Of a DNA stretch of 64,000 nt, positions 20,293 through 29,428 are shown one piece after another (within the stretch, counting starts at the first letter, position 1; every line of letters begins with the position of its first letter). The stretch is taken from positions 152,496 through 216,495 of the forward strand of contig JBAZQY010000002.1 of assembly GCA_041663185.1 (NCBI GenBank). Direction: 5' to 3'. The notes under the pieces are model-generated. The model made no database searches. It was not told where the DNA came from and worked only from the letters and a program-made list of their open reading frames with translations. Source of the DNA: Minisyncoccota bacterium. Lineage in GTDB: Bacteria > Patescibacteriota > Minisyncoccia > Phycocordibacterales > UBA9973. A program made the translations under genes and the position numbers.

Positions 20293-20901
20293 ATGAAAAA
20301 AATATTCTTTTTATTCATTGTCTTTTCAGCATTTTATGTAAGTGCTTTAAAGGCAGAGGGGACGGATTCACTGTCTCTTTCAGAAAAATTCTTTTCGAAG
20401 TTCACCGAAGTCACGGTGAGCTATGGAGGAATTGCCCAGAGCCGGTTATATTTTACCCAGGATCTGGATAATGAAAAGGAAACTAATCTTATTTGTTTTC
20501 CCTCCAAATTTATCCAGTTAAACGGAGGGGCTAATATTACGGTTAGGTCTCTCAAGACCGTTCATGTCTTTACCCTTGCTATTTTTGACCTCAGCTTTAG
20601 ATTGAAAAATGGATACTATTTCCATATTCCCCGTTTGGGTGATTTAGAGTGGGATGCCTATGTTATTTATTCGAAATCGTTTTGTGATTTCGGTAGTGAA
20701 AATAATTTTAGCCCCAAATTTCATTGGGGGACTAATTATCTTGGGGTAGGGCTGGAATGCCCAATCCCTGGGATTTATACCAGCAAGGATAATCCTCTGG
20801 AGATAGTTCCTTTTTTTGAAATCGGCAACGATTTCCGGGGAAACATTCTTCCCATATTGGGATTTCGGATTAATTTCCCGCATTATATTTGGGAGAGATA
20901 A
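20293..20901 (+). CDS. exported hypothetical protein
   Basis: Signal peptide; TTGACT...TATCAT promoter-like sequence upstream. Confidence 0.6.
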   Translation: MKKIFFLFIVFSAFYVSALKAEGTDSLSLSEKFFSKFTEVTVSYGGIAQSRLYFTQDLDNEKETNLICFPSKFIQLNGGANITVRSLKTVHVFTLAIFDLSFRLKNGYYFHIPRLGDLEWDAYVIYSKSFCDFGSENNFSPKFHWGTNYLGVGLECPIPGIYTSKDNPLEIVPFFEIGNDFRGNILPILGFRINFPHYIWER

Positions 20902-21014
20902 TATGTTTATCTACTCTAATGATATTTTAGCCAACGCGCAAGTGTTGGCTATTTTTTTATTTTTCAAATCACATAATAAAAAATAACCTCCCGAGAGAGG
21001 TTATTTTTATATGA

Positions 21015-21134
21015 CTATTGAGCTGGGGTTTCTTCAGCAGCTGGAGTTTCTGTAGTCTCCGGAGTTTCTGGGGTTGTTGTATCACAAGTACAAGGGTCAT
21101 TGCCACATTTAGGGCATTTTGTTGTTTCGTCCAT
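21015..21134 (-). CDS. 39-aa Cys-rich microprotein (not in ORF track)
   Basis: Hand translation MDETTKCPKCGNDPCTCDTTTPETPETTETPAAEETPAQ; followed by hairpin AAAAATAACCTC...GAGGTTATTTTT. Confidence 0.65.
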   Translation of the reverse strand: MDETTKCPKCGNDPCTCDTTTPETPETTETPAAEETPAQ

Positions 21135-21383
21135 ATTTTATTTAGAATTAATTAACAATAAACACATTAACAGCCAGTCGACTAACTTGCCATTATTAGC
21201 ACCTAGTGACATTATATCTTAAATAACCATAAAAACCTATTTATTTATCAGAGGATTTTTTGGTGTTGACAATATTTTCTTCAAATAATAAAATTAGACT
21301 TACGTAATATCTATTTGTTTTAATGTGTGGAGTTTTTATCTATTTGTTAAAAAATTTATTAATTAATAATTATATAAAAATAT

Positions 21384-21839
21384 ATGAAAAAAATATTAAT
21401 TGTTGTTGGAGTTCTTGTGTTAGTTATTGTAATTGTGGTTATTTTAGTTCAAAAAAACAAAGCGGGGGATTTAAAAGGGTTTGTGGATACTAATTCTTTG
21501 CCAATTGAGGCACCTTCTTCGAATCAGCAGGAGTTAACTAATTTGGAAAATTCTACCACCCAAAATAAAGTATCTTTTGCTATCAATGGGGGTAATTTTT
21601 ATTTCAAACCAAATATTATTACTGCCAAGCAAGGTGATGTTATTAGTGTCACCTTTAAAAATGATGATGGTTTCCATGATTTTGTTATTGATGAATTTAA
21701 TGTGAAAACTCAAACCCTAAAATCAGGCGGGGAAGAAACAATTACTTTTACGGTAGATAAAAAGGGGAGTTTTGAATTCTATTGTTCAGTTGGATCTCAT
21801 CGCCAGATGGGTATGAAGGGTACCCTGATTGTTGAATAA
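21384..21839 (+). CDS. membrane-anchored cupredoxin (plastocyanin/azurin-like)
   Basis: N-terminal TM; HDF and YCSVGSHRQMGMKG type-1 copper ligands. Confidence 0.85.
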   Translation: MKKILIVVGVLVLVIVIVVILVQKNKAGDLKGFVDTNSLPIEAPSSNQQELTNLENSTTQNKVSFAINGGNFYFKPNIITAKQGDVISVTFKNDDGFHDFVIDEFNVKTQTLKSGGEETITFTVDKKGSFEFYCSVGSHRQMGMKGTLIVE

Positions 21840-21914
21840 GAAGTTGTTAAATAATCAAAAATAAATACCAAGGACTAGCCTTGGTATTTATTTTTGACAT
21901 TTACTTACTATATT

Positions 21915-22052
21915 TTAGCCTCTAATAAGTCTGAAAATAATTACTATAATAGCAATTACAATCAGAATATGAATAAACCCTCCCAAGGTAAAGGAAGTTA
22001 TCATTCCAAGTAACCATAAAATAATTAAAATAATAGCTATTATCATTAACAT
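21915..22052 (-). CDS. lmo0937-like small membrane protein (45 aa, not in ORF track)
   Basis: Hand translation MLMIIAIILIILWLLGMITSFTLGGFIHILIVIAIIVIIFRLIRG. Confidence 0.75.
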   Translation of the reverse strand: MLMIIAIILIILWLLGMITSFTLGGFIHILIVIAIIVIIFRLIRG

Positions 22053-22086
22053 ATTTTTTCGAATTCCTCTTTGATGAGATTAATTG

Positions 22087-22611
22087 TTAAAGTGAACTTA
22101 CAAACCACCCAAACAAACTGAATTGTTCTTTTTGTTCAAGGATAAACTTCTCGACCTTACTTTGTTCATCGTTCAAAAAATTTATTTGAGTATCAATTTG
22201 ATTTTTACTTATTTCATCTTTTGCTTCCATTTTTATAATTCCCAGAGAATAATTTAAATTTTTTATCTGAACTAATTGAAAATTGAGTACCTTTAAATTA
22301 TTACCAATTAAAAGTTTCTTTATCTTACTCCCATTTTTTATATTAAATATTGCCTTATTTATTTCTCCTGTAGAGAAATTTTGTTTCTCAGTAATGTTTT
22401 CTAATTTTGTTTTTTCTGTTTCAATTAAAATATCGCGATCTTTGATAAGTTTTGAATCATTAAAATTTTTTACTAAATCAGGAGAGAGGGAATTGCTCTC
22501 TAAAATGTTTAACTCATTATTTATTTCAAATTCAAAAGCGTCAACGTTAGCAAAAGATATTAACATAAATATTACCAACAGCCCTTTTTTAATTTTATTT
22601 ACTATGTTCAT
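22087..22611 (-). CDS. exported coiled-coil hypothetical protein
   Basis: Signal peptide, helical body, C-terminal FSLFGWF. Confidence 0.6.
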   Translation of the reverse strand: MNIVNKIKKGLLVIFMLISFANVDAFEFEINNELNILESNSLSPDLVKNFNDSKLIKDRDILIETEKTKLENITEKQNFSTGEINKAIFNIKNGSKIKKLLIGNNLKVLNFQLVQIKNLNYSLGIIKMEAKDEISKNQIDTQINFLNDEQSKVEKFILEQKEQFSLFGWFVSSL

Positions 22612-22693
22612 ATATAAATTTATTTTCGTTTTCTAAACAACTCTCTATATATAGATGACGTTAGACAAAGTAAATATATTACAACTATTTCTT

Positions 22694-23287
22694 TCAAGTT
22701 TTATTTTTATGATCTTTTTTTAATCCATCAATTTCTTTTTTTAATTTCAAAATTTGAACTTCAAGTTTTTTAGTTTGTTTTGTGAGATTAGCTTCTACAT
22801 AATTTGCATGACTGGCAAGTGTTTCAGCCACAAGCATTATTTCGGTGACATCTTCCATCGCTAGAAGAATGATTGGAGGAAATGTTTCAAGTGTTGTGTC
22901 TTCTTTAAAATGAATTTGACGAGCATTTAATATCATCACCTTGCGTCCAATAATAGGGAACTCATGAACAACCTCAAAACCCTTAAAAAATGTATTTTTA
23001 GGTAAAATATCTTCTAAAAGTTTTTTTAACGCGGGAATATTCCATTGTCCATCTCCCAATTCATATACAAGTTTGTTTTGAGTTTCTTGTAATTCAACTT
23101 GAAATGTTCGGAAAAATGATTCATTGGCTGTCATCACTCTTAAATCTTTATTTAGAATTAACACTGGCTCTCGCACGACGTCAACTACCGTTTTTATATA
23201 TGTCCAACTTTTTGACCACAATTCTTTTATCATTTTTGTCTCATTTTGGCTAATAATTTTACTAGAATCTTTTTTATTTTTTTTCAT
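22694..23287 (-). CDS. stand-alone PAS-domain protein with C-terminal coiled coil
   Basis: VREPVLILNKDLRVMTANESF...YELGDGQWNIP...LNARQI resembles the PAS module of CheB/CheR fusion proteins. Confidence 0.75.
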   Translation of the reverse strand: MKKNKKDSSKIISQNETKMIKELWSKSWTYIKTVVDVVREPVLILNKDLRVMTANESFFRTFQVELQETQNKLVYELGDGQWNIPALKKLLEDILPKNTFFKGFEVVHEFPIIGRKVMILNARQIHFKEDTTLETFPPIILLAMEDVTEIMLVAETLASHANYVEANLTKQTKKLEVQILKLKKEIDGLKKDHKNKT

Positions 23288-23517
23288 ACCCCTTATGCCG
23301 TAATAAGGATAAAATTATTACAGTTCGCTATTAGTTATCTAAAGTGCTATACTTTAGTATCGAGATTATATTTCTCGGCAAAACAATTATTGTAATGCCA
23401 ATGCCACAAGACCCTACAACTCACTCTCTCAAATAACCATACAGAAATCAATATATTCTAATTACTACATTGTGATTGTAATAATTATGTAATTAAAAGT
23501 CGTGAAAAACGGCATAT

Positions 23518-24045
23518 ATGTATATGTCTCAAATAAAAGAGAAGAAAAATAAAGAAAATAAAGATATATTAAATCAAGCCCACCAAAATTTTTCAAAAGG
23601 GCTTAATTCTTATGCTTATTTCAAGATTCACAATCGTACTATTAGTACAGATTTAGTCCAAGATACTTTCATCAAGACATGGAGTTATTTAGTTAGGGGT
23701 GGGAAAATTGATATCATGAAGGCTTTTCTTTATCATATTTTAAATAATCTTATTGTTGATCAATATCGCAAACACAAAACTCTTTCACTTGATGATCTTA
23801 TGGAAAAAGGGTTTGAGCCCAAAGCAAGTGAATTTGATCCCAATTTTGATATTTTAGATGGCAAAACAGCGCAATTGATGATTAAATGTCTTCCCGATAA
23901 ATATAGGAAAGTAATGCTTATGCGATACGTCCAAGAGTTAACCCTTAAAGAAATTTCTTTAATCACCGGAAAATCAAAAAATAATATAGCAGTCCAAATA
24001 CATCGAGGACTTGAAAAATTAAAATTATTGTATCGTCGCGCGTAA
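23518..24045 (+). CDS. ECF RNA polymerase sigma factor
   Basis: DLVQDTFIKTW (region 2) and LTLKEIS...QIHRG (region 4). Confidence 0.9.
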   Translation: MYMSQIKEKKNKENKDILNQAHQNFSKGLNSYAYFKIHNRTISTDLVQDTFIKTWSYLVRGGKIDIMKAFLYHILNNLIVDQYRKHKTLSLDDLMEKGFEPKASEFDPNFDILDGKTAQLMIKCLPDKYRKVMLMRYVQELTLKEISLITGKSKNNIAVQIHRGLEKLKLLYRRA

Positions 24046-24219
24046 ATGTCCTTTCTGTCATATATCTCCAATACAGAGATATATTTTTTTATCTATTCGT
24101 ATCCTAAACTGTAATACCTTCAGGGCTGGCTCGGCATCATAATCAGTGAATGATGTTGGATAAGTAATTTAGTCGATTATCAATCCGAAATAGTAATTAT
24201 TAATGTTTATAAAAATAAT

Positions 24220-26145
24220 ATGAAAAAGTATTTTTTAATTAGTGGAATTCTGGTGTTTGTTTTAATTGGTTTGTTTACTCTAAATAGTAATGTCTTTGCT
24301 GTATCTGTGGAACCACAAGCTATAGTTACTACTTCAGATACAGAGGCAGAACCCCCAACAGCAACTATCATAGCCACAAAGATTGTTTGTGATAATGAAA
24401 AAGATTTACCAGATTGGGGGAGTGGTGGAGCTGATATAACAGAAAATACTGCCATGAGTTTTGTTTTAGAAAATAATAATTGTCAGATAGTCCCTTGGAC
24501 ATTTGAATGGTCTGTTGATTGGAATACTAACCCCGGAGATAATCTTTTATCTGGTGGAGAAGGGTGGAATTCTTTTGAGGGCAAAGCAGAGATATCAACA
24601 GGAAAAGGATTAAATATATTAGTTCGTGAACGAATGAAAGATGAATATATCCCATTTACAGGACCAAACGATAAGGATGCTATTTCAGCAGAATTTTATT
24701 GTAATACAGATGTTTTAGCTTATGATAATTATGAATGGATAAATTCCATAGCTCCGGATGAAGTGTATTACTGTGTTGGATTTAATGTTTTAAAAGAAAT
24801 TTCACCGGAACCAATAAATGGTGGATGGAGTGCATGGAGTGAAAAAAATAATACCTGTGGATATTCAGGAACCCAGACAAGAACATGTACTAATCCCTCT
24901 CCAGCCAATGGTGGGGCAGATTGTAGTTTGTTAGACGGTGGAAATTTGACTCAGGCATACACAAATGATGCTTGTGGAATAACCCAACAGTGTAATATTA
25001 AAAGTGACAATACCAATGTTCTTGGAAACAATAGAGGTAGTGCAGTTCCAACATGGAAATCTACCAATTGGGTTCAATCAATCCCAACATCGAGTGCTTT
25101 ATGGATATGGAATGCATATCATGTTACGGCAGAGAGTGCAAAAAATGGCGAGAATGAGACCTTTACTAAAACATTTAACGTTGGAGAAAATATTACCTCG
25201 GCAAGTATTAAATTAGCTGTTGATAATGGATATAGATTAGAAATAAATGGGACAGAGGTGATAAATAGAATGGCTGATCAATATAAATATACTAATTTTC
25301 AATCTCTGACAACAATAGATATAAAAAGTTATCTAGTTACAGGAACAAATACTATAAAATTTTACGTCAGAAATTATTCATCATCATCTAATAGCCCAAC
25401 AGTTAATCCAGCCGGACTCATGTATGATCTTACTTTAGTGAGTGATACTTGTTCAGTAAATAATGAAGCGGTTGTTGTAAATGGCGGATGGAGTGCTTGG
25501 AGTACGAAAGATAATTCTTGTGGAATAACAGGAACGGAAACTCGTACTTGTACAAATCCAAGTCCTCTAAATGGAGGGTTGGATTGTAGTTTACTTGATG
25601 GAGGAAATTCCTCACGAGTGTACACAAATGATGCATGTGGTAGTACACCGATTGATATGTGTCTAAATATTGAAGGAGTTCAAACAACAATTCCAAATGG
25701 AATGGAAGTAAATAATGATAAAGAATGTACAGAGATAGAATCTAGGGACAGCGGTTCAACATATGGTTCTAGATCTACTAAAGTAGCAATAGCTAATGCT
25801 AATGAAGGAAGAGTCCTCGGAGCTAGTACTTCTTGTGGACAATATTTGTTTACTTATATCAAATATGGAACTACTAATGATAAAAGTGAAGTAATTAAAT
25901 TGCAACAATTTCTAAATGAGTATTTGACTTTGAATCTTCCAGTTGATGGATACTATGGATTAGAAACATATAATGCCGTCAAAACATTTCAACTCAAACA
26001 TTCTCCGGAAGTCTTAAGACCATGGGTGGGTGTTAGTTTGAAGAATGAGTCAAAAGGTACTGGTTGGATGTATAAAACAACTCAAAGATGGATAAACATG
26101 ATAAAGTGCCCAGAGTTAAATTTACCAATGCCAATTTTACCATAA
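24220..26145 (+). CDS. exported protein with two thrombospondin type-1-like repeats and a peptidoglycan-binding domain
   Basis: Two GGWSAWS...C...[14 protein letters not shown] repeats; [10 protein letters not shown]...DGYYG..T..AVKTFQ. Confidence 0.75.
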   Translation: MKKYFLISGILVFVLIGLFTLNSNVFAVSVEPQAIVTTSDTEAEPPTATIIATKIVCDNEKDLPDWGSGGADITENTAMSFVLENNNCQIVPWTFEWSVDWNTNPGDNLLSGGEGWNSFEGKAEISTGKGLNILVRERMKDEYIPFTGPNDKDAISAEFYCNTDVLAYDNYEWINSIAPDEVYYCVGFNVLKEISPEPINGGWSAWSEKNNTCGYSGTQTRTCTNPSPANGGADCSLLDGGNLTQAYTNDACGITQQCNIKSDNTNVLGNNRGSAVPTWKSTNWVQSIPTSSALWIWNAYHVTAESAKNGENETFTKTFNVGENITSASIKLAVDNGYRLEINGTEVINRMADQYKYTNFQSLTTIDIKSYLVTGTNTIKFYVRNYSSSSNSPTVNPAGLMYDLTLVSDTCSVNNEAVVVNGGWSAWSTKDNSCGITGTETRTCTNPSPLNGGLDCSLLDGGNSSRVYTNDACGSTPIDMCLNIEGVQTTIPNGMEVNNDKECTEIESRDSGSTYGSRSTKVAIANANEGRVLGASTSCGQYLFTYIKYGTTNDKSEVIKLQQFLNEYLTLNLPVDGYYGLETYNAVKTFQLKHSPEVLRPWVGVSLKNESKGTGWMYKTTQRWINMIKCPELNLPMPILP

Positions 26146-26279
26146 ATACCAAAAAACAATCCCCCTAACAGGGGATTGTTTTTTTTATTGAATAATAAAA
26201 AACACTGACCCTGGGGTCAGTGTAGTTCTTAATATAAAATTCAAACCAATATTTTTTTGTTTTGTATTTATTACATGGG

Positions 26280-26873
26280 CTACTGTCCTTTTTCTTTGAA
26301 GTATCTCTCGATATTTATTTTGTACCATTCCGGAGGAATTTTCTCCTTGAACCAGATACTGTTTTCATAATTATCCAGCTCCATTACAACTTTGTAAATT
26401 AGAGTGACCATGAATACTACAGAGAATACTGAAATTCCGCCAATCCATGCACTTGAGAAAGGGAAGAACATAACAAAGAAAACAAAAACGAAAGTTATTC
26501 CAGCTACCGGTAAATGAATTAATATTGGCAGCTGTTCATCTCGGTAGAGTAAGAAAGTTTCCAGGTCATTTTTTACCACAGCTTTTGAAACAATTTTATA
26601 CTCGTCCAGAACCTTATTCACAGCATATCCCGCAAAGATGACGTAGGTAAATGCTGAGAACATCAGGGAGATGAAAAGTATTGCATTTTCGTCTTCTTTG
26701 GGAAAGCTCCAGTCGAAGTGATAAATTGTCATCCCCCATACAAGCGCGGATATAATTCCGGCATAAATAGATTTTGTCACGACAGGGCTATGCCGTTTAA
26801 TTGTGACCCACTTTCTGTTGTGAGGAATATAATTCCTCGCATGTTTCGGTTTCGAAGTTTTTGAAGGATCCAT
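26280..26873 (-). CDS. integral membrane hypothetical protein
   Basis: Four hydrophobic segments. Confidence 0.55.
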   Translation of the reverse strand: MDPSKTSKPKHARNYIPHNRKWVTIKRHSPVVTKSIYAGIISALVWGMTIYHFDWSFPKEDENAILFISLMFSAFTYVIFAGYAVNKVLDEYKIVSKAVVKNDLETFLLYRDEQLPILIHLPVAGITFVFVFFVMFFPFSSAWIGGISVFSVVFMVTLIYKVVMELDNYENSIWFKEKIPPEWYKINIERYFKEKGQ

Positions 26874-27017
26874 TTTTTCTAATATTTAGATTTAATGATA
26901 TTTTTCGATAAGATATTATCATGAGATGAGATGTTTGTCAATATGGTTTGAAAATACAAGTGAAGGGGAGTATGATTGAAGGGTAATTAAAAATTAAGAA
27001 TTTGGAAGATAATATAT

Positions 27018-27416
27018 ATGGAGAATTTTCAGATAAAAAATATTTTTGATAATATTTCAAAAGGCGAAATGGATCAAGTCGCCGGGATAAAAATCACTCA
27101 TTTGGCTGGCGGAGAAGATTTGAGTTTTTATTTGGCCGAAATAGAATCACATAAAAAGATCAATGCACATTACCACGCAGATGGTACTGAAATCTATCAA
27201 ATATTCGAAGGTTCCGGAGAGATTCGGATTAGTAAAAATGAAAATACGAATCATTGGGATATTAAAAAAATAGTAAAGAAAGGGGACTGCTTTTCGGTAC
27301 AAGAAGGCGAAGTCCATCAATTAGTAAATACCGGAGAAGAAAAACTCATTTTACTTTTCGCTTGCCCGAAATCCCATTTATCAAACGATAGAACCGTGGT
27401 TGCGATAGAAAATTAG
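27018..27416 (+). CDS. cupin-domain protein
   Basis: HYHADGTEIY and GEVHQLVNTG cupin motifs. Confidence 0.85.
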   Translation: MENFQIKNIFDNISKGEMDQVAGIKITHLAGGEDLSFYLAEIESHKKINAHYHADGTEIYQIFEGSGEIRISKNENTNHWDIKKIVKKGDCFSVQEGEVHQLVNTGEEKLILLFACPKSHLSNDRTVVAIEN

Positions 27417-27512
27417 AAATAACAAATAAACCCAAGGGTTGTAAAAATTGTATTTTTTTGTTATTTTAAGTGAGTAATAATTCGTAATTCCTAATTGGTA
27501 ACTATTAATTAT

Positions 27513-27548
27513 TTTGGCCCCATCGTCTAACGGTTAGGACATCGCCTT
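27513..27548 (+). repeat. duplicated 5' half of tRNA-Glu (att-like remnant)
   Basis: 36 bp identical to 27707-27742, ending in the anticodon loop. Confidence 0.85.
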
Positions 27549-27709
27549 TGAAAGGTTGAAGTTTGGGATGGGACCCAAACAAAAAACCTGTGATAGTATT
27601 ATATGAGTTATAACGAAATAGAATACAGAACAGGTGTACTGCTTCTGTAAGAAGGTAAATTCTGAGGTCGATTCGAATCGAACTTTGATTAAAATAAAAT
27701 AAAAAATTT

Positions 27710-27781
27710 GGCCCCATCGTCTAACGGTTAGGACATCGCCTTCTCAAGGCGGTAATCAGAGTTCGATTCTCTGTGGGGTCA
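27710..27781 (+). tRNA. tRNA-Glu (anticodon CTC)
   Basis: Acceptor GGCCCCA/TGGGGTC, D-loop with GG, anticodon loop TTCTCAA, T-loop GTTCGATTC; CCA not encoded. Confidence 0.93.
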
Positions 27782-28032
27782 CAAACGCGGTATTCAAAAA
27801 GAGTGCACTTCTGCACTCTTTTTCGCGTTTGTGAAGACGGAAGCATATTTTTCTAGTAAGAAAAATAGCTGAGTCCGGGGCTGGAAAATTTGCTTTTGAC
27901 GAAAAGCAAATTATTGTGGCTCACATAGATTATGCATGCGAAGCATACAAAATTTATTTTAACGTTGGAGTTTGAGAAAATTAAAAAGCCACTACTATAA
28001 TTCGTGGCTTATTTTAGCAACCTACGGACACG

Positions 28033-28386
28033 TTAATTTTTCGAGATAACCTCCAGCAAGGGTTTGAGTCTTTCGGAGCGCTGAAGTTTTACTGTCCATT
28101 CGGTTTTTTCTTCAGGGTTTAATTTCCTGTATCCCTTAATTCCCACATGCTTTCCCTTGACCTTTTCGTTGGAAATATATAACCGGTCTGTCCAGACGTC
28201 ACTTACAGGATAGGGAATTTTAGAGTTTTCCAGTAAATCCACCAGCTTGAAACCAAGCAACATCGTAGCGCCAGTAATTGATCCAACTTCCTTTTGCTTT
28301 ACAAAATATGGTTCTTTACGACCATCTTCAAACTCAATCAAAATGATAGAGTTCTCATCAATTTCTGAATGAATTAAGTATTTCAT
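28033..28386 (-). CDS. hypothetical protein
   Basis: 117-aa ORF, no recognised motif. Confidence 0.55.
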   Translation of the reverse strand: MKYLIHSEIDENSIILIEFEDGRKEPYFVKQKEVGSITGATMLLGFKLVDLLENSKIPYPVSDVWTDRLYISNEKVKGKHVGIKGYRKLNPEEKTEWTVKLQRSERLKPLLEVISKN

Positions 28387-28638
28387 TTTGTGAGAATTTA
28401 GTTAAACACTTTTTTCTTCACATTACCTCATATTTCGTATTTTGGCAAGATAGGGAAGTAAATACCCATATATTCTTTACAATTTGATTCCAATTTTGTC
28501 CCACCTGAGGTTCATCTAACGGGAATAGCAAGAACCGTTCTTGCTATTCAGGGGGTTTGGTGAGGAATGCGGGGGCGACCCTGTATTGTATTATATGGCA
28601 ATTTGGAATATTACGCAATGGAATATTATAATAATCTT

Positions 28639-28860
28639 ATGCCTAGAGCAATATATACAAAAGACCATAATGAAATTGTTAAGCGCTTAGTAAAAGCACG
28701 ACTAGAGTCTGGACTAGGACAAGTTGAAGTTGCTAAAAAATTAGGGAAAACTCAATCATATCTTTCTAAAATAGAATCCGGACAAAGAAGATTTGATGTT
28801 TTGCAATTAAAAGAATTTGCAAAACTTTATAAAAAACCATTAGACTATTTTGTTAAATAA
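28639..28860 (+). CDS. XRE-family HTH regulator (restriction-modification controller-like)
   Basis: ARLESGLGQVEVAKKLGKTQSYLSKIESGQR; TATAAT 6 nt before ATG 28639; directly precedes the endonuclease. Confidence 0.8.
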   Translation: MPRAIYTKDHNEIVKRLVKARLESGLGQVEVAKKLGKTQSYLSKIESGQRRFDVLQLKEFAKLYKKPLDYFVK

Positions 28861-28864
28861 ATAT

Positions 28865-29428
28865 ATGAAAAAAAATAAAATTACTGTAACGATTAATAAG
28901 AAACAAATCAAGCTTGATATCTTAAAAATAGAAAGCTCTGATAAAGCTAAATTACGAACAATATTTAAGCGTTGGTTGGAACTTAGTAATTTACTTAAAA
29001 GTCTTGGTTCAAGAGGGGTAAATATACCAGAAGGACTTACAGAAAGTTTATTTTGCTTGGAAATGAATTCTGCTAGGGTTATTAAAGCATATAATTCAAA
29101 AGGTTCATTTGATACAATCAACAGGAATAATAATAAAAGACAACAGGTAAAGGCAACAAGTAGTAGTGGTCCTACTTCATTTGGACCAAATTCTTTTTGG
29201 GATGAAAATGAGTTATATTTAATGGATTTTGTTGGAAAGGATGGAATAATAGATGGAACTTTTAGTATTTATAGAATTCTTGATAAATATATTTATCTCT
29301 CTAAGGTAAATAAAACTGAAAGATTATCAGATCAACAGGCCCAAAAAAGAAGACCCAGGATGGATTTAAGGAAAGATGTTGTAATAAAATACAAATTAAA
29401 ACCAATTAAAAAAGGTTCTATCGTTTAG
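28865..29428 (+). CDS. type II restriction endonuclease, Bsp6I-like
   Basis: RGVNIPEGLTE, FD...QVKA, TSFGP, QQAQKRRPR motifs recalled from the Bsp6I family; convergent with a C5 MTase. Confidence 0.7.
   Translation: MKKNKITVTINKKQIKLDILKIESSDKAKLRTIFKRWLELSNLLKSLGSRGVNIPEGLTESLFCLEMNSARVIKAYNSKGSFDTINRNNNKRQQVKATSSSGPTSFGPNSFWDENELYLMDFVGKDGIIDGTFSIYRILDKYIYLSKVNKTERLSDQQAQKRRPRMDLRKDVVIKYKLKPIKKGSIV

Larger units (their letters stand above)
22655..24137. promoter_or_regulatory. four ECF-type promoters TGTAAT-N16/17-CG(G/T)CAT
   Basis: Copies at 22655-22683(-), 23295-23322(-), 23488-23515(+), 24110-24137(+), each upstream of a gene around the ECF sigma. Confidence 0.75.

Noticed and set aside
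20293-20901. Possible outer-membrane beta-barrel in a monoderm-like organism
   Set aside because: The alternating pattern is only suggestive and cannot be supported without structure prediction.
27505-27717. 70-aa minus-strand ORF over the tRNA region
   Set aside because: Antisense to the tRNA and its duplicate; no protein features.
27516-27781. Intron-containing or split tRNA
   Set aside because: The downstream copy is already a complete tRNA, and the spacer shows no group I core that I can recognise.
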